A stretch of DNA of 64,000 bases, taken from Candidatus Bathyarchaeota archaeon (GTDB lineage: Archaea > Thermoproteota > Bathyarchaeia > TCS64). Positions 50,529 to 60,417 of this stretch are shown in pieces (positions within the stretch are counted from its first letter, which is position 1; every line of letters begins with the position of its first letter). Made by a program: the position numbers and the translations under genes. Where the stretch lies: positions 434,208 through 498,207 of the forward strand of contig CAVYVF010000002.1 in assembly GCA_963771885.1 (NCBI GenBank), read 5' to 3'. The notes under the pieces are model-generated. The model had not been told where the DNA came from, did not search any database, and saw only the letters and a program-made list of their open reading frames with translations.

Positions 50529-50625
50529 ATCACCGGCTGTATGGGATTAGCACCAATTCACTCGGTCTGGATTTAAAGCCACCGAGGCTGCAAGGCTTAA
50601 ACGCACTGGAAATGGTGCATATGGT

Positions 50626-51177
50626 ATGATTACCCGCGAGGAGTCACTGGCGGTCGTGAGGCAACATGTGAAGAACGAGAACCTCGTGAAGCACATGATC
50701 GCAGTGGGCGCGATAATGAGAGGGCTCGCCGCAAAGTTCGGAGGCGATCCAGATACGTGGGAAGCAGCAGGCATACTCCACGACGTCGACTACGAGGAGG
50801 TCGGCCAGGACTGGACTAAACACGGCGCACGCTCCGCGGAGATGGTAAAAGATCTCTTCTCCGAGGATGTTCTCTACTCAATCAGGGCGCACAACCCGCA
50901 GACGGGTTCGTTACCCAAGAGTAAGATGGATTGGAGCCTCTACGCTGCTGACGGCCTCTCCGGCCTTATAATCGCGCAGGGTCTCATGATGCCCGACAAG
51001 AAGATCGCCTCGATCAAGGTATCCAGCTTAGGCAAGAGGATGAAGGACAAAAGCTTCGCTAAAGGCGTAAATAGGGAGAATATATTAAAATCGGTCGAGT
51101 TGGGACTGACCCTCGACGAATTCTTCCAGATTGGTCTTGAATCGATGGCGAAGGTCAGTGGGGAGTTGGGGCTGTAA
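50626..51177 (+). CDS. HD/HDIG domain protein
   Basis: NLVKH, GILHDVDYE, IRAHN, KDKSFAKGVNRE. Confidence 0.87.
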   Translation: MITREESLAVVRQHVKNENLVKHMIAVGAIMRGLAAKFGGDPDTWEAAGILHDVDYEEVGQDWTKHGARSAEMVKDLFSEDVLYSIRAHNPQTGSLPKSKMDWSLYAADGLSGLIIAQGLMMPDKKIASIKVSSLGKRMKDKSFAKGVNRENILKSVELGLTLDEFFQIGLESMAKVSGELGL

Positions 51178-51178
51178 A

Positions 51179-51637
51179 ATGGTTGACCAGTCGATTCTGA
51201 AGAACAGGATTATCAGGATAATCGCGGCGACGAGGTTCCCTTTCGTCGACCAGGAGGACTGGGGCGAGGGTTACATTACTATCGTCAATGATGAGATGAA
51301 GCGCCGTGGCATCGAGACGGGAACCGAGATCGTCTACCCGAGCATAGTCATCACACACGCAGATGGGCGCATACAGGAGATAGGCGAGGTAGAATTCGAG
51401 GAAGACGTGAGCGTCGCCAACGTTCCCAAGTGGAGGCTCTTCAGCGACTCCGCCGGTAAGGGACGTTTCGTGAAGAAGTTCTTCCTCTATATCCCCGAAG
51501 GGGTTGAGGAGAAGGCGGTCAAGTTGCTTGAGAATAATAACATCGAGTTTAGCGGTGTCCGCACCTTCGCAGTGAAGAACGGGAACCTCGTCCTTACTCC
51601 CATAATGAGCAATGATGGGCCGCATGACCATCGCTGA
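51179..51637 (+). CDS. hypothetical protein, possible PD-(D/E)xK-like fold
   Basis: Starts 1 nt after the HD stop; YPSIVI...IGEVE...FFLYIP. Confidence 0.6.
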   Translation: MVDQSILKNRIIRIIAATRFPFVDQEDWGEGYITIVNDEMKRRGIETGTEIVYPSIVITHADGRIQEIGEVEFEEDVSVANVPKWRLFSDSAGKGRFVKKFFLYIPEGVEEKAVKLLENNNIEFSGVRTFAVKNGNLVLTPIMSNDGPHDHR

Positions 51638-51639
51638 TT

Positions 51640-53325
51640 CTAGCGGAAGGCTGTGAAGGGGAAGAGCCCCGCGCAGACCCAAGAGTAGAGAAGGGCGTTC
51701 AGTATAATGCCCACCCAGATTCTGCCAGTGAGCCTGTAAAGCCACCACGAGGAGAACGTTGAGAGGGCCATCAGGGGCACAATCGCCCAGATGAACTCGA
51801 TGAAGAAACCAAGCTGCCCGGAGAGGATGCGGGTGTTCGCGGCGAACATGGGGAGGTATTGGATTACGAGCAGGGCGATATACGGCCCTAGCTTGATGAG
51901 AAGCGCTCGTGCCATGTTCCCCGCCGCTGAGCCAGCGCCTTGACGAGTCCTGTAGACGTGTAGGTAGAGCCCCTCCACGGCGAAGTAGATGAGGCAGAAG
52001 GGGAGGAAGAGGGGGAAAACGGCGGCGCGGCTCTGGATGAGGGGTACAAAGAGGGGGACGAGAAGCCGTAGCTTTTCACCAAGCTGAGCAGCCGCGTAGC
52101 CCATTGCGTAGAGCAGGAGAAAGAGAAGGGCGCCTAAGATGGCGTCCCTCAGACCGAAGGACTCCCGGAGGTATCCGAGGGGATTAATACTACCCTTCGA
52201 CCTCCACGCGAAGTATGCCATGATAGCGTAGCCTACGACACCCGTGGTGAGAAGCCACCACGCCATCGAGGCTCCGAAGATCAGCGGCGGAAAAGGTAGG
52301 AGGGCACCGAGGAGCATCCCCGGCAGGTATAGCAATAGACCGAGTAGGCCCCAGAAAAGTAGTGCACGTCTCTCTCTCAGGAATCTTTCCCGAACTGTTA
52401 TCGACGCTCCGACCGTTCCTGGGAGAGTAGAATACAGAATCTGGGAGAGGGGCACGATCGATGCCGTGAAGGCGAGTAGGGCTATCGCCATCAGTGCCTC
52501 GCGGAGTAGGTACGTCTGCTCCCCTGCGATTACTAACTGGACTGGGATCTCGGGATTTAGCGCGTAGCGTGCCCATATGATCACCTCAGAGATGGTTGTG
52601 GGATCCACGGGTTCGAGGAGATGGATGGTGCCGAGGAGTATGAGTCTACGGGCTGTGCCCTCTGCGAAGTCGCCGTATGTGGTTCCGGGAGCGATGGCGC
52701 CCGTAGTGTTGAACACGGGTCTAAGATAGGCGTCGAGGCTAGTGATGTTGAATAGGACATCGTTTCTCCCGACTACGAAGAGGAGGTTGCGGGGGAAGGA
52801 AGCGTTCATCGGCTTGTAGCTTGAGTCGCCCTGCCCTCCCCCGATGAGTACGGTTGCTGCGATCGTGGGGTTCTGGGATATGGTTGCCCTGACGGCGCCC
52901 GCCCCCATGCTGTGTCCGGCGATGCCGATGCGGTTGGCTTCGACGTAGGGCAGCGATGCGAGGTAGTCGACGGCGGAGCTCAGTCCGAGTGTGGGATCGG
53001 TTACCCCTACGCCCGAGTCGGATTCACCGTGTCCCTTCTCGTCTATAGTTAGCGCCACGAAGCCGTTCTTTGCTAACTCTAGGGCGAGTCCGCCGAGCGT
53101 CTCCTTCGCGTTGCTCACGCCGTGGGCAAGTGCGAAGGCTGAAGCCTTGCCGTTGATGTGGCTGGGCACATAGAGGGTGCCGCTTACGCTGTACCCCGTC
53201 GCCTGAATCGTTACATCACTGACGTCGATGGTACCATAGTTACTGCCTACCTGAGCCGCGGCGTAGACCGAGCCAAAGAAGACTGCGAGAATCAGAAGCA
53301 GTAGGAGAAACTTGCGCGGTGCCAT
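51640..53325 (-). CDS. alpha/beta hydrolase with signal peptide and multi-TM C-terminus
   Basis: LAHG, GHGES, GHSMGA nucleophile motif; about 8 C-terminal TM. Confidence 0.85.
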   Translation of the reverse strand: MAPRKFLLLLLILAVFFGSVYAAAQVGSNYGTIDVSDVTIQATGYSVSGTLYVPSHINGKASAFALAHGVSNAKETLGGLALELAKNGFVALTIDEKGHGESDSGVGVTDPTLGLSSAVDYLASLPYVEANRIGIAGHSMGAGAVRATISQNPTIAATVLIGGGQGDSSYKPMNASFPRNLLFVVGRNDVLFNITSLDAYLRPVFNTTGAIAPGTTYGDFAEGTARRLILLGTIHLLEPVDPTTISEVIIWARYALNPEIPVQLVIAGEQTYLLREALMAIALLAFTASIVPLSQILYSTLPGTVGASITVRERFLRERRALLFWGLLGLLLYLPGMLLGALLPFPPLIFGASMAWWLLTTGVVGYAIMAYFAWRSKGSINPLGYLRESFGLRDAILGALLFLLLYAMGYAAAQLGEKLRLLVPLFVPLIQSRAAVFPLFLPFCLIYFAVEGLYLHVYRTRQGAGSAAGNMARALLIKLGPYIALLVIQYLPMFAANTRILSGQLGFFIEFIWAIVPLMALSTFSSWWLYRLTGRIWVGIILNALLYSWVCAGLFPFTAFR

Positions 53326-53363
53326 CGTCTATCAGCGTGGCTCTGCGCGGATAAAAGCTGGGG

Positions 53364-54995
53364 CTACGCCTCGAAGACTGTCTTGCCACCGAGGATGGTG
53401 CGGAGGATCTTTGTGTCCTTTATGTCATCCTCGGGGCATGTGAGGATGTCGCGGTCGAGGACGATCATATCAGCGAGCATGCCGGGCTCTAGGCTGCCCT
53501 TGATGTTCTCCTCGAAGCTCAGGTATGCGCCGTTTGTGGTATACATCCTGATCGCCTCCTCGCGTGTGACGCGCTGGTCGGCGCCCATGACCGTCTTCTT
53601 GAGTTCAGTCTTCCTCGCGACGGCGGCCCAGAGGCATGGGAATGGTGGGTAGGGCGTCACGGGTGAGTCAGTGCCCGCGGCGACCATAATGCCCTTGTCC
53701 ATCCATGCCCTGTGCGGCTTGAGCCATGCCCCTCTCTTGACGCCGACGTTCTCGACGTAGCTGTCGCCGAGGTAGTAGAGGAAGTCGGGCTGGCTTGCCA
53801 CCGGGATGCCGTACTCGATACAGTCCTTGAAGTTCTGCTCGCTGGGCTGGTAGGCGTGTATGAGGTAGAAGCGGCGTCCTTTGATTGGCTTGACCTTGTC
53901 AGTCTTCTTGAAGGTGTTTATGACGATGTCCATAGCCTTGCCTCCGCAGCAGTGGATACCCGAGAGTATGCCTCTCTTGTTGGCGGCGTCGACGAGGTGT
54001 TGGAGCTTCGCCTCGGGTACCGTGAGGAGTCCGCAGCGGGTGTCCTCTTCGTATGGCTCACGGAGGAGCGCCGTCTTTCCGCCGATGCCGCCGTCGATGA
54101 GTATCTTCAGCCCTTGGAAGCGGAGCATGTCGTTTCCGTAGCCGGATATCATCGGGAAGCCGTTGATGCGTTTTAGACTACTCTCTTCGGATTCGTTGCC
54201 GTCGATGGCGCGCAGCATGTAGTTGACGCGCACGTGGAGCAAGCCGCGCTCGAGAGCAAGCTGATAGGCGACTATCTGATCCTCGGTTATGCCTGCCTCG
54301 ACGACACTCGTGATGCCTACTGCGTTGAAGGCGTCAGATGCGATCTTGATCTGCTCTACCGTGTCCTCGATGCTATCGGGTGGGATGAGCTTCGTGCAGA
54401 GGCTCATCGCGGGGGTTTCCTCGAGCATACCAGTGGCCTCGCCTTTCTCGTCGCGGACGATCCTGCCACCGACTGGGTCCTTCGTGTCCTTCTTTATCCC
54501 TGCCATCTCGAGCGCTTTGCTGTTTACCACCGCGAGGTGGCCGCAGGTCCTCGTGAGGTAGACGGGGTTGTTAGGCGCGACCTTGTCGAAGTCGTAGCGG
54601 GTCGGGTTCCTATGGTCGGAGAGCTTGACCTGGTCCCAGCCCCTGCCGACTATCCACTCTCCCGGTTTAGCCTTCTTCACCTTATCGCCAACCGCCTTCG
54701 CCATATCGGCTATGCTCTTCATTGGGGGAGTCCTGAGGTTGATGATCTGCAGCGCCACGCCCGTGAATATCATGTGAAGGTGGCTGTCGTATAGACCAGG
54801 CATGACCATCTTGCCCTTGACGTCTATGACCTCTGTGGCGTCGTTCTGAAGCTTCATCATCTGTTTCGTGGAGCCGACCGCCATCACCTTGCCGTCTTTG
54901 ACGGCGATCGCCTCGTGTGTGCTGAACTTATCATTGACTGTGACGATCTTACCGTTCACTAGCAGGAGATCGGCCTTGCATGTGCTCGCGCTCAT
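53364..54995 (-). CDS. amidohydrolase 3 family (YtcJ-like)
   Basis: PGLYDSHLH, GRGWD, KILIDGG, GTDSP, GSLEPGMLAD. Confidence 0.9.
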   Translation of the reverse strand: MSASTCKADLLLVNGKIVTVNDKFSTHEAIAVKDGKVMAVGSTKQMMKLQNDATEVIDVKGKMVMPGLYDSHLHMIFTGVALQIINLRTPPMKSIADMAKAVGDKVKKAKPGEWIVGRGWDQVKLSDHRNPTRYDFDKVAPNNPVYLTRTCGHLAVVNSKALEMAGIKKDTKDPVGGRIVRDEKGEATGMLEETPAMSLCTKLIPPDSIEDTVEQIKIASDAFNAVGITSVVEAGITEDQIVAYQLALERGLLHVRVNYMLRAIDGNESEESSLKRINGFPMISGYGNDMLRFQGLKILIDGGIGGKTALLREPYEEDTRCGLLTVPEAKLQHLVDAANKRGILSGIHCCGGKAMDIVINTFKKTDKVKPIKGRRFYLIHAYQPSEQNFKDCIEYGIPVASQPDFLYYLGDSYVENVGVKRGAWLKPHRAWMDKGIMVAAGTDSPVTPYPPFPCLWAAVARKTELKKTVMGADQRVTREEAIRMYTTNGAYLSFEENIKGSLEPGMLADMIVLDRDILTCPEDDIKDTKILRTILGGKTVFEA

Positions 54996-55171
54996 CGTGA
55001 ATCACATTAATGATGATTGGGGGGATTTAATTTATACCCCAAACACTATCATTCTATGATCTTCCTTTCCCTACTCTCTCCCACTCTTTCTACAAACACA
55101 AACAAATAGGGTAAAATGAAAGTGGTCGATGGTCTGCGCTTGCAAAGTAACTCAGGTTTAATAAAAACAGG

Positions 55172-55972
55172 CTAGAGTTTTGTAGCTTTAACACTCCACA
55201 TCTGTGGTAATGGATCCCCCTCGATGCTCCATTCACCGCGATCATTAACAGCCTTCCGGACGTACTTCCAGGGAAGGATTGGGTACTCTCTCACGTCATC
55301 TATACATAGCCCTGATTTAATCAGGCTGTTCAAGATGTCGCTGATTGTATGCTGCCATTCATAGCTCCTCTTGTTCTGTACCTTAGCAGCTTCATCCGCA
55401 TAAGTGCCGTCAGCATCCCAGCTCAGCGGCTCGTCGTTGTGCCAGTAACTGTACTTGATCCTCAATTCATCGGATTCGTCGTCGAATATCCCCATGATAG
55501 GGTGAGACTCTACGAGTAGGAAGGTACCACGTGGCTTGAGATAGTGGGCGACTATTCTCCCCCACTCGTCGATGTCCTGGAGCCAGCAGAGAACCCCGAT
55601 GCTGGTGAATACGATGTCGTACTTTTTGTCTAATACCTTGGGGAGGTCGTATACGTTGCTGCAGATGAACTCGGCTTCTGTTTTCGTCTTTCTGGCTATT
55701 TCGCGGGCGAGTTCGATTGCCGTGTCGCTGAAGTCAACGCCTGTGACCTTCGCCCCTAAGCGTGCCCAGCTGATGGTGTCTAGGCCGAAGTGGCACTGTA
55801 GATGTAGGAGGCTCTTGTCCGTCACATCTCCTAGGAGGTCTAGCTCGGGTTGATGGAGGCTGTTTTTTCCAGCGATGAAGCCGTTTAGATCGTATTCCTG
55901 TGATTTGGCGTGGATGTCAACTAGTTCATTCCAGCGTGCTTTGTTTGTTTCGTAGTATTTTTTCTCCGCCAT
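55172..55972 (-). CDS. class I SAM-dependent methyltransferase
   Basis: LLHLQCHFGLDT, GVDFS, DIVFTS.GVLCWL. Confidence 0.9.
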   Translation of the reverse strand: MAEKKYYETNKARWNELVDIHAKSQEYDLNGFIAGKNSLHQPELDLLGDVTDKSLLHLQCHFGLDTISWARLGAKVTGVDFSDTAIELAREIARKTKTEAEFICSNVYDLPKVLDKKYDIVFTSIGVLCWLQDIDEWGRIVAHYLKPRGTFLLVESHPIMGIFDDESDELRIKYSYWHNDEPLSWDADGTYADEAAKVQNKRSYEWQHTISDILNSLIKSGLCIDDVREYPILPWKYVRKAVNDRGEWSIEGDPLPQMWSVKATKL

Positions 55973-56130
55973 CTCTTTTCACTTAGACTCTGGTAAGGTA
56001 ATTGTTGTGATTGCCAGTTAAATTAATCCCGTAAATTTGTTGTATTTTCGCGGTGTTGCCAAAGAGTATTCCATCTAATGCGCGTGCGCAGTGTGTATGC
56101 ACGTTTGGGTTTTGGGATTTAGTTTATGCC

Positions 56131-56598
56131 CTAGCCGAGGAGGATTGTGACCTCTTGCACGAGTAGCTCGGGCACTAAACTTTTACCCTCTTTAACTAGG
56201 CGTATGAAGCCGAGGTGCTCAAGGACACGCAGGTCCCCGTAGACATTCTTGACGTCTCTCCCCAACTTATCTGCAAGCTCGTTTATCGAGGATGCGTGCT
56301 CGTCGGCTAGGTAATCGAGGAGCTCGATTCTTCGTGTTGTGAGGCTTTCGAACTCCTCGGGAGTGAGGTCTAGGTCCTCCTCTGCGTAGTAGTCGAAGTC
56401 CTCACCCTCTCCTGCGGCGCGGAGTGCGTGTATCATGCTGCTCCACTCGATGTAGTCGTCGAGGCGGTCGCGGGGCATCTTTCCCGACTCGAACTCTCGG
56501 CTCAACTCCGGGTATTGGTTGCCGTACTTGGCGACGAAAGCCGCCACTCGTTCCCTGACCTCGTTCAGTGGGATTCTCCTGACTACGCGCCAGCGCAT
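56131..56598 (-). CDS. HTH protein (HVO_A0114-like C-terminus) with antitoxin-like N-terminus
   Basis: LT.RRIELL..SINELA..LGRDVKNVY.DL..L..LG. Confidence 0.72.
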   Translation of the reverse strand: MRWRVVRRIPLNEVRERVAAFVAKYGNQYPELSREFESGKMPRDRLDDYIEWSSMIHALRAAGEGEDFDYYAEEDLDLTPEEFESLTTRRIELLDYLADEHASSINELADKLGRDVKNVYGDLRVLEHLGFIRLVKEGKSLVPELLVQEVTILLG

Positions 56599-56668
56599 AA
56601 GGTCATCATTGGTCTATGCACCAATAAAGGTTTATAATCGCTCCACGGGCGTGTAGGGTTAGATAATA

Positions 56669-58118
56669 ATGAAACCACTGTATAACAGGGTAAGTGAGCT
56701 CGTCTGGGAGATACCCCAGTCCTTTGACCCCAACATGAGGGTTCCGGCGCGGGTCTATGCGGATGAGCACCTCTTCGCGGCGATGCGGGAGGACGCTACC
56801 CTTACTCAGAGCATCAACCTAACACAGCTCCCCGGCATCTTGAAGTACGGGATAACCCTCCCGGACGGCCACCAGGGCTACGGGTTCCCCATCGGGGGTG
56901 TCGCCGCCTTCGATGAGGAGGAGGGCATAATCACTCCCGGCGGTGTCGGTTACGACATTAACTGCGGGGTCCTGCTCATGCGCAGCGACCTTACCTACGC
57001 TGAGGTGAAGCCGAAGGTGGACGAGCTGATAGACAGAATCTTCAGCCTCGTCCCCTGTGGCGTTGGCGTCGGAAGCAAGATCAGGCTTAGCAACATTGAG
57101 CTCGATAAAGCGGTCACCGGCGGCGTCGAGTGGGCCATCGAGAAGGGCTACGGTTGGGATGGCGACCACCTCCATATGGAGGAGAACGGCTGCATGAAGG
57201 AGGCGAACCCCGACATGGTGTCGCAGAGGGCGAAGAGCCGCGGTGCTTCACAACTAGGACACTCTAGGTGCAGGTAACCACTTCCTCGAGGTCGCCAAGG
57301 TAAGTGAGGTCTACGACAAGGAGGCCGCTAAGACCTTCGGTATCACCGACCCCGAGCAGATTGTCTGCTGGATACACACGGGAAGCAGGGGATACGGTCA
57401 CCAGATCGCCACCGACTACATTCGTGTCATGGAGCAGGCGACGAGCAAGTACAAGATCAAGCTCCCAGACAGGGAGCTCGCCTGCGCCCCCATTAAGAGC
57501 AGGGAGGCGGAGGACTACTACGGCGCCATGGCTTGCGCCGTCAACTGGGCGTTCATCAACCGCCACCTCATACTCCATCAGGTCCGCACCGCCTTCGAGC
57601 AGACTTTCAACAAGAAGGCATCAGAGATGGGCATGGAACTCGTCTACAGCATGACCCACAACACGGCGAAGAGGGAGGAGCACATCGTCGACGGGAAGAG
57701 GATGAAGACCGTCGTGCATCGGAAAGGGGCGAGCCGCGCCTTCGGACCCGGTCGCGAGGATCTTCCAGCCGACTACAAGAGCGTGGGGCAGCCAGTGCTC
57801 CTCGTGGGCACGATGGGCACAGCGAGCTATCTGCTTAAGGGCACCGAGAAGGGGGAGGAGATCAGCTTCGCCTCGACTGCCCACGGCGCGGGCAGGGTAC
57901 TCTCAAGGGCGGGAGCACGCCGCCAGTGGACAGCGAACGAGATAATCGCGGACCTCAAGAAGAAGGGTATAGTCATACGCGCCGCATCGGGGAAGGTCGT
58001 CGAGGAGGAGAGCCCCGAGAGCTACAAGGACATACACAGGGTAGCAGACGTCAGCCACCGCCTCGGCATAGGGCGCAAGGTGATGATGTCGGTCCCCGTG
58101 GCTGTCGCAAAGGGATAG
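56669..58118 (+). CDS. rtcB: RNA-splicing ligase RtcB, apparent frameshift ~57260
   Basis: PDGHQGYGFPIGGV, GYDINCG, (G)TLG.GNHFLEV, IHTGSRG, HRKGA, HGAGR, EESP.SYK. Confidence 0.93.
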
Positions 58119-59168
58119 CTAGAGCCAGCCTTTCCTCTTTATGTACCAGATCATCACCCCGGCTGTGGCACTCATGACGAGCAGTGCCATCGGGTAGCCC
58201 CACCACTGCTCGATCTCGGGCATGAGCCGGAAGTTCATACCATAGACGCCGGCGATGAAAGTCAGCGGTATGAAGATTGTGCCGATTATCGTGAGGAACT
58301 TCATGATCTCGTTAAGCCGGTTGCTGATGTTGCTCACGTAGATGTCGAGCAGTCCTGCCAGCACGTCCCTGTAGGTCTCGACGTTGTCCATAATCTGTAT
58401 CGTGTGATCGTAGACGTCGTGGAGGTAGAGTTTCGTCAGCTCTGAGAGCAGTGGAGACCCACATCGCTCCAGGTGGGAGACTACGTCTCTGAGGGGCCAC
58501 ACGGCGCGCCTGAGTGTCAGCATCTGCGTTTTGAGGTCGTGTATCGAGGTAAGTACTGCCGGCGCAGGGTTCTCGACCACGCGGTCCTCGATGGTCTCTA
58601 TCCTGTCGCTCAGGTTCTCGAGGATGAGGAAGTAGTTGTCGACTATTACATCGAGTAGGCTGTAGACGAGGAAGCTGGCGTCGCTGCTCCTTAAAGGTCC
58701 CTTGTCGTTGCGTATCCTTTCCCGGACAGGGCCGAAGACGTCGCCTCTGCGCTCGCCGAAGGTTATGACGATGTCCTTGGTTAGCACAATGCTCAGCTGC
58801 TCGAACCTGACCTCGTCCATGAAGTCGTCGTAGGAGAGCATCTTGGCTATTATGAAGAGGTGGTCCTTGAACTCCTCTATCTTGGGGCGCTGGTTTGGGG
58901 ATGTAATGTCCTCGCGGAGCAGCGGGTGTAGGCCGAAGTGGTGACCTATCGCCTCAATGATCTCCGGGCTAGTGCTGTTATCTATGTTGATCCAACGTAT
59001 AGTGCCCTTCTTCTTGGGTGTGAAGCATTCGCTCACGTCGAGTGCGAGGCGCTCCGAGTAGCCCTTCTTGTCGTAGTCTATTATCGCCATCGTCGTTTCC
59101 CCGACGACGCCTTTGAAGTGAGCCTCAATAGGAGGTTGGGCTGTCTGAGTATCTTTGTCGGTCTGCAT
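58119..59168 (-). CDS. corA: magnesium/cobalt transporter CorA
   Basis: LHPLL.EDI, QRPKIEE, PLTFIAGVYGMNF. Confidence 0.95.
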   Translation of the reverse strand: MQTDKDTQTAQPPIEAHFKGVVGETTMAIIDYDKKGYSERLALDVSECFTPKKKGTIRWINIDNSTSPEIIEAIGHHFGLHPLLREDITSPNQRPKIEEFKDHLFIIAKMLSYDDFMDEVRFEQLSIVLTKDIVITFGERRGDVFGPVRERIRNDKGPLRSSDASFLVYSLLDVIVDNYFLILENLSDRIETIEDRVVENPAPAVLTSIHDLKTQMLTLRRAVWPLRDVVSHLERCGSPLLSELTKLYLHDVYDHTIQIMDNVETYRDVLAGLLDIYVSNISNRLNEIMKFLTIIGTIFIPLTFIAGVYGMNFRLMPEIEQWWGYPMALLVMSATAGVMIWYIKRKGWL

Positions 59169-59311
59169 CGTTGCGCCGCCTTACTTGTGGTTGCCATTCT
59201 CCGGTGTTAAAGGGGTTTCCATACTTTTTCGCCTGTAGATCAGTTTGACTGCATCTGGTTACCATTAAATAAGTTAAAATATTGTACTGCTACCCATTTC
59301 GGTGATTCTCC

Positions 59312-60010
59312 ATGGAGAAGCAAATTAAGCCGCATCTTTGGTTCACGCTGTACAGCCTGCTGATGCTGGGCGGGGGGAAGTCTCCCGTCAAGGTGTCGAC
59401 CACGGAGTTGAGCCGCGTCCTCGGGGGCAGCCAGCAGTCGGCTTCACGACACCTGCAGCTCCTAGAGGAATCGGAGCTTGTAACGAGACGCATAGACTCG
59501 GATGGGAGCCTCGTCACGATCACAGAGGCGGGTCTCTCGGCGCTAGACGAGGTGCTTCAGGAGCTGAAGACCCACTTAGAGGGTTCTGGGTCAGAGGTCT
59601 TCGTCTTCGATGGCACCGTTGTCTCCGGGCTCTTTGAGGGGGCCTACTACATAAGCCGCGATGGGTATCGGAACCAGATTAGGGAGAAGCTGGGCTTCGA
59701 TCCCTTCCCGGGCACCCTGAATGTCAAGCTTAAGCAGGAGGACTTCGAGAAGAGGAGGAGGCTTGAGAAGCATCCCTCGGTGATCCTTGAGGGGTTCAAG
59801 GATGGTGAGAGGAGCTTCGGTGCCTGTAAGGTTTACCCGCTTCTGCTAAACGACGAGATCAGGGGGGCGCTCATAGTGGCGGACAGGACGATACATGACT
59901 TGTCTACTATGGAGATTGTGAGCCCCGTCTATCTGCGCCGCCACTTTGAGCTGAGCGACGGTGATAAGATCAAGGTCTCCTTCCTGAGCCCTCGGCGATT
60001 CGCCGCTTGA
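59312..60010 (+). CDS. ribK: CTP-dependent riboflavin kinase with N-terminal HTH (RbkR type)
   Basis: SQQSASRHL HTH; VVSGLFEGAYY, PFPGTLN, RTIH, LR..L.DGD. Confidence 0.92.
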   Translation: MEKQIKPHLWFTLYSLLMLGGGKSPVKVSTTELSRVLGGSQQSASRHLQLLEESELVTRRIDSDGSLVTITEAGLSALDEVLQELKTHLEGSGSEVFVFDGTVVSGLFEGAYYISRDGYRNQIREKLGFDPFPGTLNVKLKQEDFEKRRRLEKHPSVILEGFKDGERSFGACKVYPLLLNDEIRGALIVADRTIHDLSTMEIVSPVYLRRHFELSDGDKIKVSFLSPRRFAA

Positions 60011-60413
60011 TCTTGCTGCTGCTGTTCAGATCCTCGAGGCCGAAGCGTCCAACTCGCTTGACTTGTGTCTTGTATCCATTCTCAGCGACGAGGCGCTTGA
60101 CCTCGTCCTCGATGTCGCCTTGGTCGTGACCAACGGCGACTATGTCGGGTTTTATGGTCTTCATGATCTTGTCGAGGTCCTGGTCCTTGTAGCCGAGGAT
60201 TGCCTCGTCGACGACTTTTAGTGATTCGACGACGGCTCGGCGCTGGTCCTCGGGGATTATGGGGGGCTTGCCCTTGGCGCGTGCCACGGTGTCGTCTGAG
60301 GCGACGATTACGACGAGCTTCGCGTTTGGTTCTCCGAGTTTCTTTGCTTCCTCGAGGAAGCGTATGTGGCCGTAGTGGAGTAGGTCGAAGACGCCGCTTG
60401 CGAGGACCTTCAT
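59970..60413 (-). CDS. ribL: FAD synthase
   Basis: ASGVFDLLHYGH, PDIVAVGHDQ, SSSKIK. Confidence 0.87.
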   Translation of the reverse strand: MKVLASGVFDLLHYGHIRFLEEAKKLGEPNAKLVVIVASDDTVARAKGKPPIIPEDQRRAVVESLKVVDEAILGYKDQDLDKIMKTIKPDIVAVGHDQGDIEDEVKRLVAENGYKTQVKRVGRFGLEDLNSSSKIKRRIAEGSGRRP

Positions 60414-60417
60414 CGTA

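Noticed and set aside
55009..55017. Perfect C box ATGATGA
   Set aside because: No D box at a suitable distance; lies within a promoter.
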